A stretch of 59,710 nt of DNA, the filler included. It is 9 parts of 9 records of this genome, joined end to end, with 100 filler letters (N's around TTAATTAATTAA, not from the genome) between each part and the next. Parts side by side here need not be neighbours in the genome. Positions count along the whole stretch, not along the records: positions 47,736 to 53,566 come from SRR31156797_92785; positions 53,667 to 59,710 come from SRR31156797_92915; 7 more parts are not named here. One strand, given 5' to 3'. The position numbers were made by a program, and so were the translations under genes. Shown here piece by piece: positions 49,665 through 59,710 of this stretch. The notes below the pieces were generated by a model. That model worked only from the letters and a program-made list of their open reading frames with translations. It was not told where the DNA came from and searched no databases. Position 1 is the stretch's first letter; each line of letters begins with the position of its first letter.

Positions 49665-50621
49665 ATGATCGGCACATCATCGGGCCACGGCCCGCAGCTT
49701 GAGACGGCGGCGGACGGCGTGGCGGTGGCCACATCGCGGCCATTCTGGCACATCGGTTACAACCGTCGCATTCAGCTCTGGGGCATCGGTTTCGTCCTGC
49801 CCACCATCCTTTTCTTTATGGTCTTCAAATACGGCCCGATGCTGTGGGCCATGGAGATGAGCTTCACCTCCTATGACATGGTGTCGACCCCGGATTTTGT
49901 CGGATTCGAGAATTACCAAAGGCTTGCTCAGGACCCGGTCTTCTGGGAAACCCTGGTCAATACATTGGTTTATATCCTTGGTTCGACGGTTCTGATCACG
50001 TTGGTCGGTCTTGGCCTTGCGCTGGCAATCAGCGCCGGGGTGCCGGGATCCCGCCATTGCATGGGGGCGATGTTCCTGACCAACCTGATGCCGATCATCG
50101 CGGTGTGTCTGGTCTGGAAGTTCCTGCTCCATCCCCACGGCTTGGTGACCCAGCTTCTGCATCTCGACTCGGTCAATTGGCTGACCAGTTCGCAGATGGC
50201 GATGCCGTCGATCATCGGCATTACGGTCTGGCGGTTCGCGCCATATTTCATGGTGGTCCTGTTGGCCGGGATCCTTGCCATTCCCCGCGACTATTACGAG
50301 GCGGCGGAACTGGACGGGGCGAATGCGTTTCGGCGGTTCTGGAGCATCACCCTGCCGCTGCTGATGCCGACCATCTTTTTTGTCGTCGTCGTGTCCGCCC
50401 TGTTGTCGGCGCGGATATTCCTGATGCCCTACATCATCACCGGCGGCGGACCGGGCAATTCGACCCGGGTGCTGTCGATGCTGATCTACGAAACCGGTTT
50501 TTCCTATTTGAAGATGGGATTGGCGGCGGCGATCTCCGTCGTGCTGTTCAGCATCATGATGATCTTTACGCTTCTCCAGATGAAGCTCTTCATGCGTAGC
50601 GAGAAGGTATACGTCCAATGA
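49665..50621 (+). CDS. Carbohydrate ABC transporter permease (MalF/UgpA-like)
   Basis: FVGFENY, EAAELDGAN..FWSITLPLL, GGGPG. Confidence 0.92.
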   Translation: MIGTSSGHGPQLETAADGVAVATSRPFWHIGYNRRIQLWGIGFVLPTILFFMVFKYGPMLWAMEMSFTSYDMVSTPDFVGFENYQRLAQDPVFWETLVNTLVYILGSTVLITLVGLGLALAISAGVPGSRHCMGAMFLTNLMPIIAVCLVWKFLLHPHGLVTQLLHLDSVNWLTSSQMAMPSIIGITVWRFAPYFMVVLLAGILAIPRDYYEAAELDGANAFRRFWSITLPLLMPTIFFVVVVSALLSARIFLMPYIITGGGPGNSTRVLSMLIYETGFSYLKMGLAAAISVVLFSIMMIFTLLQMKLFMRSEKVYVQ

Positions 50622-51472
50622 CGCCGGCCGATACGATGACACCCAGCAGTACCTATCGCTTCCGCTTTTCCAACGTCCTGAAGCTGAGTCCGCTGATCAT
50701 CCTGGCGATCATCTTCATCATTCCCATCGTTTGGATGACGACGACTTCGTTCCAGGCCAGCGAGAAGATGTTCGATCTGACGACCGAATGGATCCCGACG
50801 GTCTGGCATCCGGAAAACTTCCCGAATGCCTTGTCCCGTGCCGATTTCCCGCGTTATTTCCTGAACAGCGGGATCATTTCCTTCATCGTTATGTTCGGGA
50901 ACCTGGTATTCGGGACATTGGCCGGATACGGCTTGGCGAAGTTCAAGTTTCCCGGTGACCGGTTTGTTCTCGTCCTCATCCTGTGCACGCTGATGCTGCC
51001 GATGGAAGTGACGCTGGTGCCGACATTCCTGATCGTTCACAAGTTCGGATGGCTCAACACCTATCAGGGAATCGCCGGGCCGTTGCTGATCGATGCGTTC
51101 GGCATCTTCCTGATGCGCCAGGCGATTCTGGCGGTGCCGACCGACTATCTGGAAGCGGCACGCATGGACGGTGCCGGCGAGTTGCGGATTCTCTGGAAGA
51201 TCGTCATCCCGCAATGCCTGCCGTCGCTGGCCGTTCTTGGAATTTTTTCATTCCGTGATAGCTGGGACCAGTTCCTGTGGCCGTTGACCGTCGTGTCGGT
51301 CGACGAGATGCGGACCTACCCGCTGGGATTGGTCTGGTTCGGCGAGCTTTATGATAATCCGGCGAACGAGCAAATGGCGATCGGCGTGCTGGCGACCATA
51401 CCGGTGTTCCTGGTCTTCTGGGGGCTGCAACGCGCCGTCAATCGCGGATTTGGATTGAGCGGATTGAAATGA
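50618..51472 (+). CDS. Carbohydrate ABC transporter permease (MalG/UgpE-like)
   Basis: YFLNS, AGYGLAKFKFPG, EAARMDGA, WDQFLWP. Confidence 0.92.
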   Translation: MTPADTMTPSSTYRFRFSNVLKLSPLIILAIIFIIPIVWMTTTSFQASEKMFDLTTEWIPTVWHPENFPNALSRADFPRYFLNSGIISFIVMFGNLVFGTLAGYGLAKFKFPGDRFVLVLILCTLMLPMEVTLVPTFLIVHKFGWLNTYQGIAGPLLIDAFGIFLMRQAILAVPTDYLEAARMDGAGELRILWKIVIPQCLPSLAVLGIFSFRDSWDQFLWPLTVVSVDEMRTYPLGLVWFGELYDNPANEQMAIGVLATIPVFLVFWGLQRAVNRGFGLSGLK

Positions 51473-51552
51473 GGACATCGGCGGTTCGGTAGATGCGCCA
51501 ACCGCCGATCGATTGAACGACGTCGATAACGACCGCAGGAAACGAGGCCAAA

Positions 51553-52320
51553 ATGCCGCTCGACAACCCATTCGATTTCTCGGGAAAAACCGTCGTCCTG
51601 GCCGGCGCGACGGGAGGTCTCGGCCTTCCGATCAGCCGTGCGTTCGCCGAAGCCGGGGCCAATATCGCCGCCTGCGCCCGCAATGGTTCCGCCCTATCCA
51701 AACTCGCCGATGAATTGCACGGCTGTGCCGGCGGTGTCCTGACGGCGCCGGTCGATCTGTGCAACGAAACGGAAGTCGGTGAATTCGTCGAAACGGTGAA
51801 CGAACGGTTCGGGGCCATCGACATTCTGGTGACGCTGGTCGGCGGTATTATCCGCAAACCGTCGGTCGACTATCCGTTGGACGAATGGCAGCAGGTCATG
51901 GACATCAATCTAAAGGCCTGCTGGTTGATCTGTCAGGCCGTCGGCCGGGTCATGATCGCCCAGGGCAGCGGCTGCATCGTCAACTTTTCGTCCAACGCGG
52001 GAATGCACGGCATTCCCGGATATCCGGCATACAGCCCGGCCAAGGCCGGGGTCATCGCCCTGACCCGCGGATTGGCTGTCGAATGGGGGCCGCATGGGAT
52101 TAGGACCAACGCTCTGTCGCCGGGTTTCGCCGACACGCCGTTCAATGCCGATGTGTTGTGCCAACCCGATAGGGTCGAAAACATCCTGAAACGGATGCCG
52201 CTCGGCCAGGTGCTTCCGGACGACGCCCTGGTCGGGCCGACCCTTTTCCTGGCTTCCGACGCGGCCCGTTGGATCAACGGCCATACGATCAACGTCGATA
52301 CCGGGTTCAACGCCACATAG
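51553..52320 (+). CDS. SDR family oxidoreductase
   Basis: GATGGLG, S..YSPAK catalytic motif, PG, INGHTINVDTG. Confidence 0.9.
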   Translation: MPLDNPFDFSGKTVVLAGATGGLGLPISRAFAEAGANIAACARNGSALSKLADELHGCAGGVLTAPVDLCNETEVGEFVETVNERFGAIDILVTLVGGIIRKPSVDYPLDEWQQVMDINLKACWLICQAVGRVMIAQGSGCIVNFSSNAGMHGIPGYPAYSPAKAGVIALTRGLAVEWGPHGIRTNALSPGFADTPFNADVLCQPDRVENILKRMPLGQVLPDDALVGPTLFLASDAARWINGHTINVDTGFNAT

Positions 52321-52344
52321 AAGAAAACGAGGGTAGGTGCGCCA

Positions 52345-53286
52345 GTGGAAAAAATAAGAATTGCCGTCGCCCATCGCGGGGCCGGCCTTGCACCGGTCTT
52401 TGCGACCGTCGAAGGCGGGTATTTCCAAGAGCAGGGATTGGACGCCCAACTTGTCGACGTTCACGGGCACCCCCGCGCGATGGCGGCGATGTTCGCCGGC
52501 GAAGCCGAATTCATCAACTCCGTCGGGCCCGAGCTGATCCTGGCCAATCTCCGCCATGGCGGCGATGGCGTCATCATCTCATCGGCCATCAGCCGAAGCG
52601 CGCAACAGGTTTCGGCCCGCCCCGGGTTGAGCGAACGTGAGCAGTTGCGCGGCAAGCGATGGGGGGTCACGGCCCGCCAGGATGCCGACGAATGCTCGAT
52701 CCTGATGGCCTTCGAGCGGTGGGGATGGGACATAGGCAAGGATGCCGAGATCGTCGTCGTCGGCGACGACGGGCCGCGTCTGGATTTGCTTCTCGACAAG
52801 GAGCGGGTCGACGTTGCCATCATGCACGCCCCCGAACCGTTCCAGGCGATCAAGCGCGGCTGGAATCTGGTCGAGGATCTCGGCCGTCTGGGCGTTGCCT
52901 TCCAGAACAGTTGTGCCGGCACGACGCGGCGCATGATCCGGGAAAACCCCGAAACCGTGCTTCGCTACGTGCGGGCCTATTGCCAGGGGGTCTACCGGTT
53001 CCGTACCGACGCCGATTTCGGCATCGGGGTATTGCGCAAGTACACCGGAGAAACCGACGAAGCCGTGCTCGAACAGACCTGGGTACTGTTCGCCCGCCTG
53101 ATGGGCGGCATGATGTACCCGAGCGTCGAAGGTGTGCGCAACGCGGGTTACGTTCTGCATCGGCTGGGCGCATTGCCGAAACCGGTCGATCCGATGGATG
53201 TCGTCGATCTCGAACCTATCGCGACGGTCGAGCGCGAGGGATTCTTTTCAACATTCGTCGGGCGCGGCCACGGCGCGAAGGCCTGA
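52345..53286 (+). CDS. NMT1/THI5/TauA-like substrate-binding domain protein, no obvious signal peptide
   Basis: A.EGGYFQEQGLD, LRGKRWGV, ENPETVLRYVRA. Confidence 0.8.
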   Translation: MEKIRIAVAHRGAGLAPVFATVEGGYFQEQGLDAQLVDVHGHPRAMAAMFAGEAEFINSVGPELILANLRHGGDGVIISSAISRSAQQVSARPGLSEREQLRGKRWGVTARQDADECSILMAFERWGWDIGKDAEIVVVGDDGPRLDLLLDKERVDVAIMHAPEPFQAIKRGWNLVEDLGRLGVAFQNSCAGTTRRMIRENPETVLRYVRAYCQGVYRFRTDADFGIGVLRKYTGETDEAVLEQTWVLFARLMGGMMYPSVEGVRNAGYVLHRLGALPKPVDPMDVVDLEPIATVEREGFFSTFVGRGHGAKA

Positions 53287-53312
53287 AGGCGAAGGATGGG
53301 CACGTGACAACC

Positions 53313-53566
53313 ATGCAATACCGCAATCTCGGTCGGGCCGGCATCAAATTGAGCGCCCTCGCTCTCGGCAGCTGGACGACGTTCGGCGACAGCGTCAAGG
53401 ACCGCGACATGGTGCGCGCGATCATCACCGCGGCCTATGAACGCGGAGTCAATTTTTTCGACATGGCGGACGCCTATGCCCGGGGCGAATCCGAGCGCGC
53501 CATGGGCGAAGTATTGAAGCAGTTCCCGCGTCACACGCTGGTGCTCTCGAGCAAGGTTTTCCGGCC
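53313..53566 (+). CDS. Aldo/keto reductase (Kv-beta-like), 3' truncated
   Basis: MQYRNLGRAGIKLS.LALGSW.TFG, GVNFFDMADAY..G.SE, SSKV. Confidence 0.9.
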
Positions 53567-53666
53567 NNNNNNNNNNNNNNNNNNNNNNNNNNNNNNNNNN
53601 NNNNNNNNNNTTAATTAATTAANNNNNNNNNNNNNNNNNNNNNNNNNNNNNNNNNNNNNNNNNNNN

Positions 53667-55780
53667 AGCGCGGCACCCTGTTTCTGAATGATCCCCAAAC
53701 CGGCGAACTCTATTCGCGGGTCGCCCAGGGCAATTTCAAGCGGGAAATCCGCATTCTCAATTCCAGCGGCATCGCCGGCCACGTCTTTACCGATGGCAAA
53801 GGCCTCATCATCAAGGACGCCTACGCCGACAAACGCTTCAACCGGTCGGTCGACGAGCAGACCGGGTTCAAGACGAAATCCATCATCTGCGCCCCGATCA
53901 AAACCGTTAAAGGCGAAATCATCGGCGTCAGCCAGGCCCTGAACAAGAAGAAGGGTGAATTCGACAAAGAGGATCTGGCGCTGCTTGAGGCGATGACGAC
54001 ACAGGCGGCGGTCGCCATGCAAAGCCGGCAGTTCGTCGAACGCATGAAAAAGTCCCGGGAACAGGAGATGGAGTTCCTGGATATCGTTGCCGACGTTACG
54101 TCGGAACTGGAACTTGGCACGCTTTTGCAACGCGTCATGGGCGAAGCGACGCGCATGCTGGGGGCGGAACGTTCAACCCTGTTCCTCAACGACGAAAAAA
54201 CCAACGAGCTTTTCTCGCGTGTCGCGCAGGGCGATTCGATCGGTGAAATCCGCCTTCCGAACCATCTGGGCATTGCCGGCGCCGTGTTTACCAGCGGCGA
54301 AACCGTGAATATCCCCTATGCCTATGCCGATCTTCGTTTCAACCCCTCCTTCGACAAGCAAACCGGTTATTTCACCCGGTCCATCCTGTGCGTTCCGGTG
54401 GTCAACAAGAACGGCAAGATGATCGGCGTCACCCAGGTTCTGAACAAACGCGGTGGTCCGTTCTCCGGCGAAGACGAATCCCGTCTCAAGGCGTTTACGG
54501 CGCAGGTCGCCATCGCGCTCGAGAACGCCAAGCTGTTCGACGACGTCCAGAACATGAAGAACTACAACGAAAGCATGCTCCAGAGTATGTCGAGCGGCGT
54601 TGCCACCCTGGACGAGGAAGGCAATATCATAACCTGCAATACCGCCGGACAGCGGATCATGAAGGTCGAGGAAGCCGACATCATCGACCGGCCGGCGAGC
54701 GATTTTTTCACCGGCAGCAACGCCTGGGTGGTCGAGAAAATCAACCGCGTCGGCGAAACCCAGAGCGCCGAGATGGTCGTCGACGCGGAAATGGAATTCG
54801 ACGGCGAGAGGCTTTCCATCAATCTTACCGTCCTGCCCCTGGTCAGCGGCGAGGGCAAAAAGCTCGGCACGCTGATCATGCTGGAAGACATCAGTTCCGA
54901 AAAGCGCATGAAATCGACCATGTCGCGCTATATGGACCCGGGACTGGCCGACCAGCTTCTGGAAGGCGGCGGCGAGGATATTCTCGGCGGCAAAAGCATG
55001 TCGGCGACGGTTTTGTTCTCCGACGTCCGCGGCTTTACGACCCTGACCGAGGAACTGGGCGCCCAGGGCACGGTGGCGCTGCTGAACGAATATTTCACCA
55101 TCATGGTCGATTGCATCCAGAACCAGGGCGGCATGCTGGATAAGTTCATCGGCGATGCGATCATGGCCGCGTTCGGAATTCCGATCGGCAACGAAGACGA
55201 TGAAGACCGCGCCGTCCGTGCCGCCATTTCGATGATATCCGAACTGTGGACGTGGAATGCGGAGCGCTCCAAAGCCGGCCAAATGACCGTCGACATGGGA
55301 ATCGGACTGAACACCGACGTCGTCGTTTCCGGTAACATCGGGTCGCCGAAGCGCATGGATTACACGATCATCGGCGACGGCGTGAACCTGGCGGCGCGTC
55401 TGGAAAGCGCCTGCAAGCAATACGCGGCGCGCATCCTGATCAGCGAAAACACCTACAAGAAGCTTCGCGGAACCTACCGCATCCGCGATATCGACGAAGT
55501 CGTCGTCAAGGGCAAGACCGAACCGGTTAGCGTTTACGAGGTTCTCGACTTCCACAACGATGAAACCTTCCCCAACCTGATGGAGGTGGTGAACCACTTC
55601 AAGGAAGGACGGAAGCAATACAAATCCGGCAGTTGGGACAAGGCGATTCGGTCGTTCAACGACGCCCTGACCCTGAATTCCCAGGACAAGCTTTCGCAGA
55701 TCTATATCGACCGCTGCGAAACCCTGAAGGCCGATCCGCCCGCCGACTGGAAAGGCGTCTGGGTGATGACGTCGAAGTAG
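53667..55780 (+). CDS. Class III adenylate cyclase with tandem GAF-GAF, PAS and a C-terminal TPR-like region; 5' truncated
   Basis: Two GAF repeats (TLFLND..ELxSRVAQG..DxRFN..D.QTG..T.SI.C.P), a PAS domain, and cyclase motifs FSDVRGFT, DKFIGDAIMA, DYTIIGDGVNLAARLE. Confidence 0.93.
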
Positions 55781-56031
55781 CCACTTGGTGGGATGTTTTT
55801 CCACCATACGGCATCATCCCGCCATCCGGAATCTATCGATTGCGCGCTCCCGGAGGCCGGTGTATTACACAGCCGCTTACAAATCGCGCTGACTGAAAAC
55901 CGGCTTGGCAAGCAAATGCCATCGACAATGCTGGAAATAAATTCGAAACTCCAATGAACTGAACCTAAAACGGGCGGCCCCATCTCGCTGATCCCGGAAG
56001 GGTTGCCGCGTCCAAGAAAAAAAGGCGCTCA

Positions 56032-58710
56032 ATGTCAACGCTCAACTTCGACAAACTGTTCAATCCGAAATCGATCGCTGTAATCGGCGCATCGAACCGT
56101 ACCGGCGCCGTTGGCCAATTGGTTATGCGGAATCTGCTTGAAGGCGGTTTCGACGGACCGATCATGCCGGTCAATCCGAACCGCCCGGCAGTTTCCGGCG
56201 TCTTGACCTATCCGTCGGTTGACGCCCTGCCGATGATCCCCGATTGCGCCGTCATCTGTACGCCGCCGCAAACCGTTCCGCAGTTGATCGACGATCTTGG
56301 CCAAAAAGGAACCAAGGCCGCGATCGTCCTGACGGCCGGTCTTGCCCGCGAAAAAGACGAAAGCGGCGAATCCCTGCAGGACATCATGGCGGCGAAGGCG
56401 CGGTCCTACCGATTGCGCATCCTCGGCCCGAACTGCCTGGGCCTGCTGGTTCCCGGCATCGGGCTGAACGCCAGCTTCTCGCACCTGCCCGCCCTGCCCG
56501 GCCGGATCGCCTTCATTTCGCAATCGGGCGCGCTGTGCACGTCGGTCCTGGATTGGGCGCGCACCAACGAAATCGGTTTCTCCCACTTTATTTCGGTCGG
56601 CGACACGGTCGACGTCGATTTCGGCGCCGTCATCGACTATCTCGGCAGCGACCCGCATACCCGCTCGATCCTGCTGTACATCGAATCGATCAAGGAGCGT
56701 CGCAACTTCATGTCGGCGGCCCGTGCCGCGGCGCGCAACAAACCCGTTCTCGTCATCAAGTCCGGCCGCGTTGCCGAAGGCGCCAAGGCGGCCGCTTCGC
56801 ACACCGGTGCCCTGGCCGGCGCCGACGACGTTTACGACGCCGCCATCAACCGGTCCGGCATGTTGCGTGTCGCCTCCATCGACGAGTTGTTCTCGGCCAG
56901 CGAAACCCTGGCCCGGACCCGGCCGCTGAGCGGCGAGCGGCTGGCCATCATGACGAACGGCGGCGGCGCCGGCGTGCTGGCGGTCGATGCCCTGATCGCC
57001 GGCGGCGGCACCCTGGCGACATTGAGCAAGGATACCATCGCCAAACTGGACAAGCACCTGCCCGACACCTGGTCGAAGGCGAATCCGGTCGACATCATCG
57101 GCGACGCCCCGCGCGAACGGTATGCGACGACGCTGGAGACTCTTTCCGAGGCGGAGGAGGTCGACGCCATCCTGGTCATGCACTGCCCGACGGCGACGGC
57201 ATCGAGCACCGAGGCCGCCAGGGCCATCGTCGACACCGCGAAAAAACATCCGGCCAACGTGCTGACGACCTGGATCGGCGGCGAAGTGGTGGCCGAGGCG
57301 CGGACGCTGTTCCGCGATTCCGGTATTCCCACCTATGCGACGCCGGAAGCCGCGGTGCAGGCCTTCATGCATCTGGTCAGATACCGCCGCAACCAGGATA
57401 TGCTGACCGAGACGCCGCAATCGGCGCCGACCGATTTCGTCCCCGATGTCGATTTCGTCAAAACGCAGATCGAAACCGTTCTGGCCGACGGCCGCGACAT
57501 GATGAGCGAGGCCGAGGCCAAATCGGTGCTGGCCGCCTATGGCATTCCGACGGTCCGCACCGAAATCGTCGCATCGCCGGACGAGGCGGTCAAAATGGCC
57601 GACGAAATCGGCTATCCGGTGGCGCTGAAGATCCTGTCGCCGGATATCACCCACAAATCGGACGCCGGCGGCGTGCGGCTGTTTCTGAAATCGGCCGAGT
57701 CGGTCAAAGCCGAGGCCGAGGCGATGCTGGACAAGATCGGCAAAGCCTTCCCCGAAGCGACGCTGGAAGGCTTCACCGTCCAGCAGATGGCGGTTCGGCC
57801 CGGCGCCCATGAACTGATCGTCGGCACGACGACCGACAACATCTTCGGCCCGACCATTCTGTTCGGCCACGGCGGCACCGCCGTCGAGGTCATTGGCGAT
57901 CGCGCCGTCGCCCTGCCGCCGCTGAATATGAGCCTGGCCGGCGAATTGATTTCGCGGACCCGCATCTCAAAACTGATGAAGGGTTACCGGGATCGTCCGG
58001 CGGCCGACCTCGATGCCGTCAAGATGGTGCTGATCCAGGTATCGCAGCTGATCGTCGATTTTCCAGAGATATCGGAACTGGACATCAACCCGCTGTTCGC
58101 CGACGAAAAGGGCGTGCTGGCGGTCGATGCCCGCATCGGCGTGCGGCCGCGCCCGGCAAATGCACACAGCCTTCTGGCCATCCGCCCCTATCCGAAGGAA
58201 CTGGAAGAAGACTTCACCCTGGTCAACGGCACCCAGACCCTGTTGCGGCCGATCCGCCCCGAAGACGAACCGGAGCATTACACCTTCATCTCGAAGCTGA
58301 CGCCCGAGGATATCCGGTTCCGGTTTTTCGGTACCGTTCGCCAGTTGCCACACTCGGAAATGGCGCGGCTGACGCAGCTCAACTACGACCGCGAGATGGC
58401 CTTCATCTCAAGCACCCAGAAGGCCGACGGCGGCCGCGAAACCCTGGCCGTGGTCCGCACCGTCACCGACCCGAACAACGAACGGGCCGAATTCGCCATC
58501 GTCGTCAGATCCGATTTGCAGGATCAGGGACTGGGCTCGAAGCTGCTGGACAAGATGATCCAATACTGCCGCGACCGCGGCACCGAATGGATGGTCGGGC
58601 AGGTTCTGGAAGACAACCGACGCATGCTAAAACTGGCCGAAGGCAAGGGATTCAGCCGCCGGCGCATCCCCGACGAAGGCGTCTTCGAGGTCAGCCTGAA
58701 GCTGGAATAG
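56032..58710 (+). CDS. Bifunctional acetate-CoA ligase family / GNAT protein acetyltransferase (Pat/YfiQ type)
   Basis: PKSIAVIGAS, GPNCLG, SQSG, ASHTGALAG, NPVD, HKSDAGGV, DINP, and C-terminal GNAT LRPIRPED..QDQGLG. Confidence 0.93.
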   Translation: MSTLNFDKLFNPKSIAVIGASNRTGAVGQLVMRNLLEGGFDGPIMPVNPNRPAVSGVLTYPSVDALPMIPDCAVICTPPQTVPQLIDDLGQKGTKAAIVLTAGLAREKDESGESLQDIMAAKARSYRLRILGPNCLGLLVPGIGLNASFSHLPALPGRIAFISQSGALCTSVLDWARTNEIGFSHFISVGDTVDVDFGAVIDYLGSDPHTRSILLYIESIKERRNFMSAARAAARNKPVLVIKSGRVAEGAKAAASHTGALAGADDVYDAAINRSGMLRVASIDELFSASETLARTRPLSGERLAIMTNGGGAGVLAVDALIAGGGTLATLSKDTIAKLDKHLPDTWSKANPVDIIGDAPRERYATTLETLSEAEEVDAILVMHCPTATASSTEAARAIVDTAKKHPANVLTTWIGGEVVAEARTLFRDSGIPTYATPEAAVQAFMHLVRYRRNQDMLTETPQSAPTDFVPDVDFVKTQIETVLADGRDMMSEAEAKSVLAAYGIPTVRTEIVASPDEAVKMADEIGYPVALKILSPDITHKSDAGGVRLFLKSAESVKAEAEAMLDKIGKAFPEATLEGFTVQQMAVRPGAHELIVGTTTDNIFGPTILFGHGGTAVEVIGDRAVALPPLNMSLAGELISRTRISKLMKGYRDRPAADLDAVKMVLIQVSQLIVDFPEISELDINPLFADEKGVLAVDARIGVRPRPANAHSLLAIRPYPKELEEDFTLVNGTQTLLRPIRPEDEPEHYTFISKLTPEDIRFRFFGTVRQLPHSEMARLTQLNYDREMAFISSTQKADGGRETLAVVRTVTDPNNERAEFAIVVRSDLQDQGLGSKLLDKMIQYCRDRGTEWMVGQVLEDNRRMLKLAEGKGFSRRRIPDEGVFEVSLKLE

Positions 58711-58916
58711 ATGCCAAAGGCATCGAGTTCCAAATTCAAATGAAGGTTCGGGGCCGGAAATGACGATTTTCCGGCCCTTCGCTTTCGCGCCAATTCCTTG
58801 AATTCAAAGAGATATTCCGGGTTCGCACGGACGAATTATCGTCATTCCTCGTCTTTAATCGTCATTATGGCGATTTGTTGTTTGGTTTCAGCATCTTGGC
58901 TTGCCTCTGCATCCAT

Positions 58917-58983
58917 TCATTCCCAAACAAGCAGGGATCCGAAATCTTGAAGCTTTCCGGACTCCCAACTTCGAGGGAGTGAC
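58917..58983. repeat. Degenerate alphaproteobacterial palindromic repeat (GTCATTCCCGC..GGGAATCC / GGATTCCC..GGGAATGAC type)
   Basis: TCATTCCCAAACAAGCAGGGATCCG..CGGACTCCCAACTTCGAGGGAGTGAC. Confidence 0.5.
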
Positions 58984-59292
58984 GGCTGGGCGTAGTGTAG
59001 GCTGGACCCATTGTCGAACACGTGCCACCGGCCGCCTCCGACGCGGATTTCCGCATTCCTATTCACCGTTCAAAAAGCGCTTTTATGAATATAGTCACAT
59101 ACCAAGCCACCGCAACCGAGGTGACTGCGTTTTTCTCGTATTTGAAAAAAGCCGGGGACGGCCAAGTCTTCGCCCGGCGACGACAATTTAATTGCCGCAA
59201 CCAAATCGGTCGGCCCGCCATTGACTTCCCCGGCCCGTACACACATTTGAGTTGGCGGCGGCGGGAAACTCTTCGACACAGGGTTCCAATAC

Positions 59293-59710
59293 ATGACCGA
59301 CTTGACGGGTAAAACCGCCCTGGTCACCGGCGGCAGCCGTGGCCTGGGCAAGGACATCGCATTGCGCCTGGCCGAGGCCGGCGCCGATATCGTACTGACC
59401 TATCGGACGGGCGCCAAAGAAGGCGCCGAGGTGGCCCGTGCCATCGAAGAAATGGGCCGCAAGGCGGTCGCCCTGCCGGTCGACCTGGAGGGCGCCGGCG
59501 ACATCCCGCGCTTCACCGGGGAATTCAAAACGGCGCTGAACGAGATCAACGGCGGCGATACCTTCGACATCCTGATCAACAACGCCGGCATGGCCAAGCC
59601 CGGCGTGATCGGCGGCGTCACCGAAGAGGATTTCGACACCCAGTTCGACACCAACGTCAAAAGCGTTCTGTTCCTGACCCAGGCCCTACTGCCGCACCTG
59701 AACGACGGTG
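59293..59710 (+). CDS. SDR family oxidoreductase, 3' truncated
   Basis: MTDLTGKTALVTGGSRGLG, DILINNAG. Confidence 0.92.
   Translation, partial: MTDLTGKTALVTGGSRGLGKDIALRLAEAGADIVLTYRTGAKEGAEVARAIEEMGRKAVALPVDLEGAGDIPRFTGEFKTALNEINGGDTFDILINNAGMAKPGVIGGVTEEDFDTQFDTNVKSVLFLTQALLPHLNDG

Noticed and set aside
7130-53666. Eight regularly recurring TTAATTAATTAA motifs within N runs, and apparent gene neighbourhoods across them
   Set aside because: These are artificial contig spacers. Adjacency across them has no biological meaning, and ORFs running into X residues are truncations.
54173-57870. Long antisense and alternative-frame ORFs (544, 611 and 522 aa) over the cyclase and Pat genes
   Set aside because: These are shadow ORFs from GC-rich codon bias, with no motifs.

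Overview
This is not one continuous locus. It is nine unrelated contigs joined by 100-nt artificial spacers (N-run + TTAATTAATTAA + N-run), with very different base composition, as expected from a metagenome or mixed-bin concatenation. Taxon labels below are impressions from composition and gene content. (1) 1-7129: end of an integrative island, with a tRNA-Lys(CTT) 3' fragment (att), a tyrosine integrase and a divergent cysteine desulfurase / DUF4007 / large ATPase module resembling sspA-sspB-sspC DNA phosphorothioation genes. (2) 7230-13259: AT-rich Bacteroidota-like DNA with a tricorn-type protease, a kinase-PLP fusion and an FAD/Fe-S oxidoreductase. (3) 13360-18829: hypothetical genes plus an operon of VOC protein, Cys-rich small protein, atypical Sdh/Apr-type flavoprotein and ferredoxin. 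(4) 18930-24168: alphaproteobacterial-like EamA, trmFO, two rhodaneses and uvrA. (5) 24269-31777: secreted and outer-membrane proteins, a 5'-nucleotidase, REP-like palindromes and heptamer repeats. (6) 31878-41834: Desulfobacterota-like accessory region with nested IS debris, a Fic pseudogene, an XRE regulator, a tripartite hipBST-like TA module and livMGF. (7) 41935-47635: C-terminal part of a probable tubulin-like protein with a GYF_2 domain, followed by a Zn-ribbon membrane protein, two coiled-coil lipoproteins and a secreted lipase. (8) 47736-53566: sugar-type ABC genes, SDR, NMT1-type binding protein and aldo/keto reductase. (9) 53667-59710: GAF-GAF-PAS adenylate cyclase, Pat-type acyl-CoA ligase/GNAT fusion and an SDR. 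The best candidates for novel biology are contigs 1, 7 and 3. All family calls come from motif recognition only; no searches were run.
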